This document shows positions 57,010 to 64,000 of a stretch of DNA of 64,000 bases, piece after piece (the first letter of the stretch is position 1; every line of letters starts with the position of its first letter). The DNA is from a virus, in the IMG/VR virus record IMGVR_UViG_3300006310_000773; one strand, written 5' to 3'. The notes below the pieces were generated by a model. That model worked only from the letters and a program-made list of their open reading frames with translations. It was not told the DNA's origin and did no database searches. Made by a program: the position numbers and the translations under genes.

Positions 57010-58434
57010 TTATATTTCACTATGTGGTTTAATACTCAATGTTGATATTATTTCATTAGGAAAATCATCTAACAAACTTACTAATTTTGATTTTTGATGT
57101 TTCGTTTTTCCACCATAATACAATTTTTCAGTAACATGATATATATTATGCGGACGTTTATATTTTTGAAGTTCTTCAAACCGTTTAGCAAGATTATTAA
57201 TATCAGCCGATCCTGTATAAATTACATAATGTATTTCATCACGAGAACAACTTGATACCTCATTAACTCCTGGTTCTAGTAATGCTTGAGCCTCTACTAA
57301 TCCTGTGTAAACTTTTACGCCATCTTTCATAAAAATTACATCATCAAAAACTCTACCATCATAATACCATTTTCCGTTCGCAATTTTCATTTTATCACCA
57401 TCAGTCATCCAATCATTAAGTCCATACTTGTACCACAATACGCCCCCATCATCTACTTTTAATTCTCCCCAATAATAAGTTTTATAAAAACCATAAAAAT
57501 TATCTAATGAATCTCCTGGCCTATATTCAGATCTTGTATGACAATCCGCTTCAGTGCTCGCCATTACATTATAAATTACTTTCCATTTAAACTTTTTCTC
57601 AATATCTCTAATAATATTTTCTCCCGTATGCCCTCCAGCAAATTCCCAATAATCTACCTCAAAATCAAAATCATCAGGACATGCATCAAGTAATCTTTTT
57701 ACAGCATTAGGATAAGACGCCACAAGATTTGGTTTCACTTTTTGAAATTGTTCTGGAATATTATCCACTGTTTCATTTATAAAATGAATTGTTCCGCCTG
57801 TATAATAAGCTCTAGCTAAATTCCAAACAAGATAGGTTGATTCAAATCCTCCATTTTGTAACATTATGGGTCTTTTATTATTAAAAAGTTCAGGGGATAC
57901 TTCTTTCAAATGTCCGGTCATAGAACCCATTGTACAACCCCTCAATGTTTCCCCATTAACATTAGCTTGAGCATGATCCTCATAATCCCAAAAAAATGGC
58001 CATAATTCAAATATAGGTTTTACTGTAGTACCACTAGTCATTCCTCTATACATCTCATTGGGGTGTAATAATGTGGAAGGAATTTTGCCCTCACTATCTG
58101 GTTCATGTAACATTTTAATTTTATTTGAACGTATAACACAACTGGCATTACTGTCACCAATTAAAGAATCTAATTCTATATTTGATTGATCTGCTGAAGC
58201 TTGACTAGCTGATCCACCATTTTTTATACTAGCAAGAATCCATAACATATCATCCAGAGTTTTAACTTCTTCAGCTACTACAAAAACAACATGAGGTCCC
58301 AATCCGTGTTTTTTTAAAATTTCAATTTTTTCATCTAACATGTTATGTAAATTTTTCCATGTAACATGTTCTGTTGATAAACTTATGAATACATCATCTT
58401 CATTAAGCGGTGCTTGATATTGTTTTAGTGTCAT
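57010..58434 (-). CDS. AMP-binding (adenylate-forming) enzyme
   Basis: MTSGTT P-loop, ASTE, TDGD..GR..D hinge, C-terminal GKTK. Confidence 0.7.
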   Translation of the reverse strand: MTLKQYQAPLNEDDVFISLSTEHVTWKNLHNMLDEKIEILKKHGLGPHVVFVVAEEVKTLDDMLWILASIKNGGSASQASADQSNIELDSLIGDSNASCVIRSNKIKMLHEPDSEGKIPSTLLHPNEMYRGMTSGTTVKPIFELWPFFWDYEDHAQANVNGETLRGCTMGSMTGHLKEVSPELFNNKRPIMLQNGGFESTYLVWNLARAYYTGGTIHFINETVDNIPEQFQKVKPNLVASYPNAVKRLLDACPDDFDFEVDYWEFAGGHTGENIIRDIEKKFKWKVIYNVMASTEADCHTRSEYRPGDSLDNFYGFYKTYYWGELKVDDGGVLWYKYGLNDWMTDGDKMKIANGKWYYDGRVFDDVIFMKDGVKVYTGLVEAQALLEPGVNEVSSCSRDEIHYVIYTGSADINNLAKRFEELQKYKRPHNIYHVTEKLYYGGKTKHQKSKLVSLLDDFPNEIISTLSIKPHSEI

Positions 58435-58880
58435 ATTTTCTCTTCAGGATAATACCACCATCCAGCATCTGGTTCATATTTAAATATCGATATTCCCACT
58501 CTTTCAGTTTCAATATTTTCTATTGAATGTTCTATACCAGCATTAAACTTGTGCCATTTTTTTTCTGGTATACATGTTCTATAAAGTTCTTTACCTTTGT
58601 CCCACCACACAGTTTCTACATTGCTGCCACCTGCTTGTAAAATATAATTATAATTTGTAGTCCTATCAACATCAATATGTTTGGGTATACCATTTCTTAA
58701 AATTTGATACTTGAAATTATCACATTCAGGAAATAAATGTTTTAGAAAATTTGTTAACTCATCTTCACAATAATAAATTCCGTATATTTCTTTATTTCCT
58801 GGCCAAATATTTTCTTTTAATTTTATTGATTCAGTATCTAAAAAACAAGGTGGGCCTGGTAAATCTAAAAATTCAATCAT
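58431..58880 (-). CDS. Small 2OG-Fe(II) oxygenase-like protein
   Basis: PKHID.DR..NY, WH.FN..HSI..R. Confidence 0.6.
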   Translation of the reverse strand: MIEFLDLPGPPCFLDTESIKLKENIWPGNKEIYGIYYCEDELTNFLKHLFPECDNFKYQILRNGIPKHIDVDRTTNYNYILQAGGSNVETVWWDKGKELYRTCIPEKKWHKFNAGIEHSIENIETERVGISIFKYEPDAGWWYYPEEKI

Positions 58881-59526
58881 TTTTTCTTATCTCTATCAAA
58901 TTTTTAAGAGTTTCATATACATACATTTTATATTCTTCATCTGTACCCTCAAATAAATCACGCATAACTGCATCTTTATTTTCTTCTAATCTTTTTGCAT
59001 GAGATGTGAGATAATTTGGTCTAAAATCTGACAAGTTTAAATAAGCTGGAAAGTTTGCAGTAGTTTTTAAATAATGCTCAACAACAACATTTATATCATT
59101 TGGTATTATTTCTTCTATCCTAGCATTAGGAAACGTTGCTTTTATTTTTGACTTTGTTACATGCACAGGATACATTATATATTTTCCACTTTCCATTATT
59201 TCTAAACCACCTCGTGCCTCAAACAGTTTTTCAAATAATGGATAATATTCATCAATATCATTATAGTAAGGTTCAATTACATTAAATAATGGGGGTAACA
59301 TTTTGCCGTCTATCATTCTATCAAAATGATTTGGAGCAACTAATCTGCGTGATATTGAATATTCATTGATTGATGTATCAAGTGGAACTATACCATTTTC
59401 TTTACAAGAATACCAATATACGTCATCATTATCATTAGCAAGGTTTCTGCCTAATCTATGTCCACCCGCACCTTGTTCAAATGCAATGAATAAAAATTTA
59501 TCATGTTCAAATAAGTCTACCATCAT
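58873..59526 (-). CDS. Hypothetical protein (possible sulfotransferase/P-loop-like fold)
   Basis: FIAFEQGAGGHRL N-terminal loop; likely start MMVDLF. Confidence 0.45.
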   Translation of the reverse strand: MMVDLFEHDKFLFIAFEQGAGGHRLGRNLANDNDDVYWYSCKENGIVPLDTSINEYSISRRLVAPNHFDRMIDGKMLPPLFNVIEPYYNDIDEYYPLFEKLFEARGGLEIMESGKYIMYPVHVTKSKIKATFPNARIEEIIPNDINVVVEHYLKTTANFPAYLNLSDFRPNYLTSHAKRLEENKDAVMRDLFEGTDEEYKMYVYETLKNLIEIRKND

Positions 59527-60190
59527 AATACATTCTATTATTATTATAGTGGGATTCAATTAAATAAACTAAATCATTTGTATTATACCAATCATCATAG
59601 ATACACGTATCTCCCCTTACAAATAATTTACCATCTTCAATCTTCCAATCACAATAATACGTATCACCCAATATTGTTTCTTTTCTTTTAACTTCTTGTA
59701 TTTGATCCAAATTATAAAACACTTTATTAATTGTTAAGGGTCCTATTTCACTCATACCCCAATTTGCCATAAATGTTGCTCCTTTGTTTACAAATGATTC
59801 TATAATATGCCATTCAACAGGATTGGAACCACAAGTAATCCATATACCCTTTAAATTTAAATCCTTAAATCCTTTTGTTTTAATAATTGCTTTTGCATGA
59901 TCTGGAGCTAAATGAGTATGAGTATATTTGTTTATTTCTTTAACAAATTTATAAGCATTAAATTGTTCAACTGTTACCTCTGCACCAATACTAAAGGCGG
60001 GTAAGGTTTGTGCCAATAATCCTCCTGCATGCTCCATTTTACATACAGTATAAATTTTAGATTTTTTTGTAATTTGTTGACATTCTATTGCTATCTTATT
60101 ACATGCCTCTAAATTTTCTGGAGTCCTAAAAATATGTTTTTGTATTCCTGTTGTACCACTACTTTTAACAAAAACTCCTTCGCTTAACAT
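59507..60190 (-). CDS. Short AMP-binding-like enzyme (core only)
   Basis: SSGTTG..K, HAGGL, WGMSEIGP, WYNTND..DGR. Confidence 0.7.
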   Translation of the reverse strand: MLSEGVFVKSSGTTGIQKHIFRTPENLEACNKIAIECQQITKKSKIYTVCKMEHAGGLLAQTLPAFSIGAEVTVEQFNAYKFVKEINKYTHTHLAPDHAKAIIKTKGFKDLNLKGIWITCGSNPVEWHIIESFVNKGATFMANWGMSEIGPLTINKVFYNLDQIQEVKRKETILGDTYYCDWKIEDGKLFVRGDTCIYDDWYNTNDLVYLIESHYNNNRMYYDGRLI

Positions 60191-60704
60191 ATTCTTGTAC
60201 ATTTAATTTCCATATAGTTTGTTCTGTATGATATAATATAGTATCACATACTTTATCAAGTATTCCTTGTTTTGCTAATAAACCCATTAATTTATGATTT
60301 CGTAATGCCTTACCACTATGCTCATTGGAAATATTTGTAGTTATATACAAATTATCTGTATGACAATAATCTATATAAACTGGGATAAAATCTCTCCATG
60401 TTATTGTATTCCAATTACCTTTATTCAATCCACTATAAGGACTTATTTTAGGTAACTCACATCCTCTGAAATTAATTCTCCATCCGTTTTCATCTATTTC
60501 TGGTAATGGATGACAACCACCAACGGCAACAATTTCATCATCTTTGATTGCACAATAGTATTCACCCCAATCTTTACACCATTCTAGTTTCATTGACTTA
60601 AAGGATGAGTTATTTGTATATCCTAAGTCTTTACATTTATCACAAAATATTTGGAGTTTGCTATGTAGTTGATTAGTGATTGGTTTTATATTGAAAATCC
60701 CCAT
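60165..60704 (-). CDS. GNAT-like acyltransferase
   Basis: DDEIVAVGGCH..WRINFRG pattern. Confidence 0.5.
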   Translation of the reverse strand: MGIFNIKPITNQLHSKLQIFCDKCKDLGYTNNSSFKSMKLEWCKDWGEYYCAIKDDEIVAVGGCHPLPEIDENGWRINFRGCELPKISPYSGLNKGNWNTITWRDFIPVYIDYCHTDNLYITTNISNEHSGKALRNHKLMGLLAKQGILDKVCDTILYHTEQTIWKLNVQEYVKRRSFC

Positions 60705-61330
60705 GCTCTTTCCTGACACCACCAACATATACCACAATGTCCTAATTTTGGGTCTTTAACATTTTGTGCTTCCCATTCACATGATCTAGTATATACAAAT
60801 AAACTATCTATTAAATTATATTCTTTATATATTTGGGCTAGTTTCTTTTTATCTATATTAATCCAGGGTGTATATGCTTTATTATTATTACGTAAAACGT
60901 CTTTCATAATAGTAGGATTTCTGTCTACTTCTGTAACTTCTTCTATAAATGTATCAGTAATAGATTTTGGTGGATTAGCAGTAATTCCTGTATAGAAAAT
61001 ATTTATTAATTTATTTTTTCTATAATAATCTAATTTATCAAATATATTACTTAATGTTTGATGGTCACAAAATGTACTATGATGTTCTATGTTTATATTT
61101 CCGGTTAATTCGATACATTTTTGAATAACATTATTAGTTGTTGTAACATTTTTAAATTGTCTTGCTTTATTTCCAGTAGATAAAATATAGATTTTATCAT
61201 TAGAATATTTCATTAAAAAGTATAAAAGCAAAGAACTATCAGCTCCGCCGCTACAACTTATACCTATAGGACCTTCATATATTTTTAAATTGACTCCGGA
61301 TAAATTTAATTCTTTTTTAATTAAATTCAT
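60686..61330 (-). CDS. QueC-like PP-loop ATPase
   Basis: SGGADS, TRSC, HCGICWWCQER zinc motif. Confidence 0.7.
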   Translation of the reverse strand: MNLIKKELNLSGVNLKIYEGPIGISCSGGADSSLLLYFLMKYSNDKIYILSTGNKARQFKNVTTTNNVIQKCIELTGNINIEHHSTFCDHQTLSNIFDKLDYYRKNKLINIFYTGITANPPKSITDTFIEEVTEVDRNPTIMKDVLRNNNKAYTPWINIDKKKLAQIYKEYNLIDSLFVYTRSCEWEAQNVKDPKLGHCGICWWCQERAWGFSI

Positions 61331-61959
61331 GGTTCTATTAGATTTGTTACTGTTGACACAGATTCTTCTGTTAATTTAATATTCATTATTAATACAATAT
61401 GATCATCCTCATCATTGGCATTAAATATTGTATGCCGTTTACAAGTATTTAAAAAATATAAACTACCATAATTCCAATGTAATACATTATCATATTGATA
61501 TATAAAATATCCCCCATCTAACGGATTACATACTAGTAAAGGGACAATTAATCTAAAACTATCTATTGTAGATCCCATATTATCTACATGACTTGGAAAA
61601 AATCCGCCTGGTTTTAATTTTAAAATATGAGATCTAAATAACCATTCTTTAAAAGGATCACAATATAATTTTAATACATCATAAACAGGTGTTGGTACAA
61701 TAAAATCAGATTCAGTTATATTTGTATTATTTTCTTTATTATACTCATATAAACTATCTAAATCAGGCCCAGGTCCTAAATTGCCGTCTAAATTAGTTAC
61801 ACTCAATCCCCAACGATTTATATGTTTTCTAGGATTATATTTTGTCCAATTATCATCAAATTGGATTAATCTTTCTAACATAGTCTTCGAATTTTGATAT
61901 ATGTTTAATTTAACTTGATCCCCATATGCTGTTAGAGTATTAAATAATTCAAAACTCAT
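61327..61959 (-). CDS. Aspartyl/asparaginyl beta-hydroxylase-like 2OG oxygenase
   Basis: RSHILKLKPGGFFPSHVD, YFLNTCKRHTIFN. Confidence 0.7.
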   Translation of the reverse strand: MSFELFNTLTAYGDQVKLNIYQNSKTMLERLIQFDDNWTKYNPRKHINRWGLSVTNLDGNLGPGPDLDSLYEYNKENNTNITESDFIVPTPVYDVLKLYCDPFKEWLFRSHILKLKPGGFFPSHVDNMGSTIDSFRLIVPLLVCNPLDGGYFIYQYDNVLHWNYGSLYFLNTCKRHTIFNANDEDDHIVLIMNIKLTEESVSTVTNLIEP

Positions 61960-62980
61960 ACGTTGTATCTCCTGGCCATAGTGGTAATTGTACACCCACT
62001 TTTCTTTTTGGTATTTTACTATCAGCAGAACTCACGCAATTATCAGTAATGCATGGCATAGGTTTGTCAAATAATTTAAATCCAGTTTGAATATTTCCTA
62101 AAGGTATATCAGAGCAAGAATATGACCGCTTAATGCTCCCACAAGGCTCGCGTATAATAATACTACGATATCCCGACGAACAGATCCAGCCTTTGAATTC
62201 ATTAAAATTAAACGCATTAAATCTTTCGGCTTGATCCATTTCATGCACAATCCCTTTCGAATCAATTAACTCTATTTCCATTTGTGGGGTTTGAGACTCA
62301 TTATGCAATATGTCTAACTGACTTTTAGTATATCCATCTACTACTTTTGTCGCCGTAGGATTAGATTGGGGTTTTAAAGTTGTATGAATACCCCTCTCTT
62401 TAAAATATAAAACATGATCTGTTAATGTCCAAAATTTCTCAGGTATCATTACCATATTAATAGTAATTCTTACACCATTATCTTGACAATATACTAATTT
62501 GTCTGTAAATTCTTCAATCTTTTTTTCAGTATCTAAATGTTCAAAATGAGCAGATGCGGTTATTGAAGCCCTATCAAATTTTTTAGCATATTTGATATAT
62601 GTTTCAAACCATTTCATCTTTCTTGAACAGTTTGACGTCATATGTATTCTCTGTCTCTTAGAATATTTATCATCTGCAAGATATTTTAATATATCCAAAT
62701 ATCCAGGATGAAATGTTGGTTCTCCACCAGACAAAGACCAATTAAATGAATTAAATCCTTGTTCTCTCGCCTGACGTTTTATTTCATCTATTGTTGTTAA
62801 ACACAACTCTGTAGGTCTATGATCTTTCTTATCTGATCTCGCGTATGGCCAACAATAAGAACAGTGATAATTACAAAATCTTCCTAATAACCATGACACA
62901 GTAAAGGTATCATGATATAACATGGTTTTTGTTCCTACAAGTTGTATATCATCAAATGGAATTTTAGTAAAATCATTCAT
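61949..62980 (-). CDS. Radical SAM protein
   Basis: CNYHCSYC, SGGEPT, C-terminal C..G...C...C...C cluster. Confidence 0.9.
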   Translation of the reverse strand: MNDFTKIPFDDIQLVGTKTMLYHDTFTVSWLLGRFCNYHCSYCWPYARSDKKDHRPTELCLTTIDEIKRQAREQGFNSFNWSLSGGEPTFHPGYLDILKYLADDKYSKRQRIHMTSNCSRKMKWFETYIKYAKKFDRASITASAHFEHLDTEKKIEEFTDKLVYCQDNGVRITINMVMIPEKFWTLTDHVLYFKERGIHTTLKPQSNPTATKVVDGYTKSQLDILHNESQTPQMEIELIDSKGIVHEMDQAERFNAFNFNEFKGWICSSGYRSIIIREPCGSIKRSYSCSDIPLGNIQTGFKLFDKPMPCITDNCVSSADSKIPKRKVGVQLPLWPGDTTYEF

Positions 62981-64000
62981 ATTAAATATTTTTTAATTCG
63001 TGGATGTAAACTTTCCGCAGCACTTGTATTTCTAATTTTGTCTTGTATTCTTGTATGTTTTTTAAAATGATGTCTTAATTCCTCTACACTATTTGGTTTA
63101 ATAGTAGGAAATACAGTTGGTAAAAATAAATCCCATATTGGATCATTTAAACATGTTTGAACAGGAGTTAATGTTTTTTCTATAAATTCCTCATCTTTAA
63201 TATTTTCTTCTTTAATTAAATCATTGATTTCTTTTATTATAAATTTTTTATCTTCTTCAAATAAAATAGCAGGATGAAAATGTGGTGGATCTTCACACGC
63301 CTGAATATATGCAGCTCCAACAGATGCACGCCCTTCAGGATATCCTTCTTTTCTCATATTATAAAAATATCTTGCCCATTCTTTTACATCAAAAATATTA
63401 TACATTTGTACAACCATGTTAATTGAAAGATGTGTAAGATTGGGAAGAGTTTGTAATTCATTAATATTTTGTAATACTGCGTTCCATTTGGCATTTGTTC
63501 TTATATACTCATATGTTTTTCCTATACCATCTAAACTCGCGCAAATATTTAATTTATTAAATTGTTTAAATAATTGCCAATGTTTATTAAAATTTGTGCA
63601 ATTAGAAGTGATATTTAAATGTAAATCTGTATTATCTTCTTCAATTAACTTCTCTAAAAATGCTATTGAATCTGGATCTACTGTAGGTTCTCCACCCAAT
63701 ATGTTTAATCTCTCTATAAGTGTAAAATCAATATCAGAAAGAAAATTATTAATATCCATATTATTTGAAATTTTTCCTTCAGGTCTACCCATGTAATATT
63801 GATATAACACCGGATGAAGTTCTAATTCTTTATATATTTCTGTACTATTTCCTGGATCACACATACGACATTTTAAATTACAAACATTACCAGGACGAAT
63901 ATCTAATGCCAATGGTTGTTTATCTCGATTTCCATATTTTAAATCTGGAGTAACATGGCCGTCTCGTTTTATAAATTCTTGTCTATCACTAGACCATCCC
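62977..64000 (-). CDS. Radical SAM protein (N-terminus beyond the window)
   Basis: CNLKCRMC, GGEP, SLDGIG..YEYIR; frame stays open to the window edge (GWSSDRQEF...). Confidence 0.88.
   Translation of the reverse strand, partial: GWSSDRQEFIKRDGHVTPDLKYGNRDKQPLALDIRPGNVCNLKCRMCDPGNSTEIYKELELHPVLYQYYMGRPEGKISNNMDINNFLSDIDFTLIERLNILGGEPTVDPDSIAFLEKLIEEDNTDLHLNITSNCTNFNKHWQLFKQFNKLNICASLDGIGKTYEYIRTNAKWNAVLQNINELQTLPNLTHLSINMVVQMYNIFDVKEWARYFYNMRKEGYPEGRASVGAAYIQACEDPPHFHPAILFEEDKKFIIKEINDLIKEENIKDEEFIEKTLTPVQTCLNDPIWDLFLPTVFPTIKPNSVEELRHHFKKHTRIQDKIRNTSAAESLHPRIKKYLI

Noticed and set aside
60686-61330. QueC as evidence of 7-deazaguanine DNA modification
   Set aside because: No folE, queD, clear queE or dpdA in the window; the protein is a divergent PP-loop enzyme in a tailoring island.
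1618-63953. Many short antisense or nested ORFs in the track (e.g. 3647-3859, 12600-12869, 27440-27832, 36425-36808, 45916-46161, 63416-63796)
   Set aside because: They lie opposite or inside well-supported genes, show no motifs, and look like shadow ORFs.
1-64000. CRISPR array, integrase/transposase, introns/inteins, alternative genetic code
   Set aside because: No regularly spaced repeats or recombinase motifs were seen. g43, g17, g20, g23 and uvsW are uninterrupted and of ordinary length under the standard code.

Overview
A 64 kb, AT-rich segment of a large T4-like (Tevenvirinae/Kyanoviridae-type) myophage genome, probably marine. The host cannot be determined from the sequence. Almost all genes are on the minus strand. 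The core blocks are DNA replication/recombination (g41 partial, uvsX, g43, regA, g62, g44, g45, g46, g47, g55, uvsW, uvsY) and virion morphogenesis (g3, g23, g22, g21, g20, three tandem g19, g18, g17, g16, g15, g14, g13). There is one tRNA-Ala(UGC), several consensus sigma70 promoters and several T4 late (TATAAATA) promoters. Accessory islands interrupt the core: (i) hsp20 with a ROSE-like RNA-thermometer leader, dUTPase, a Mom-like gene and an M15 peptidase; (ii) a DUF4338-like GNAT plus glycosyltransferase between g44 and g62; (iii) cobS/cobT-like genes and an amidinotransferase/ATE-like cassette; (iv) an ~8 kb insert between g16 and g17 with capsid-targeted proteins and a membrane cassette (holin-like protein, c-type cytochrome, AapJ-like amino-acid-binding protein, orphan Pycsar TM effector); (v) a >13 kb island of tailoring enzymes (radical SAM, 2OG-Fe(II) oxygenases, adenylation enzymes, methyltransferases, GNAT, QueC-like) with a TctA/TctC transporter. 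All family calls come from motif recognition by eye, not from database searches.
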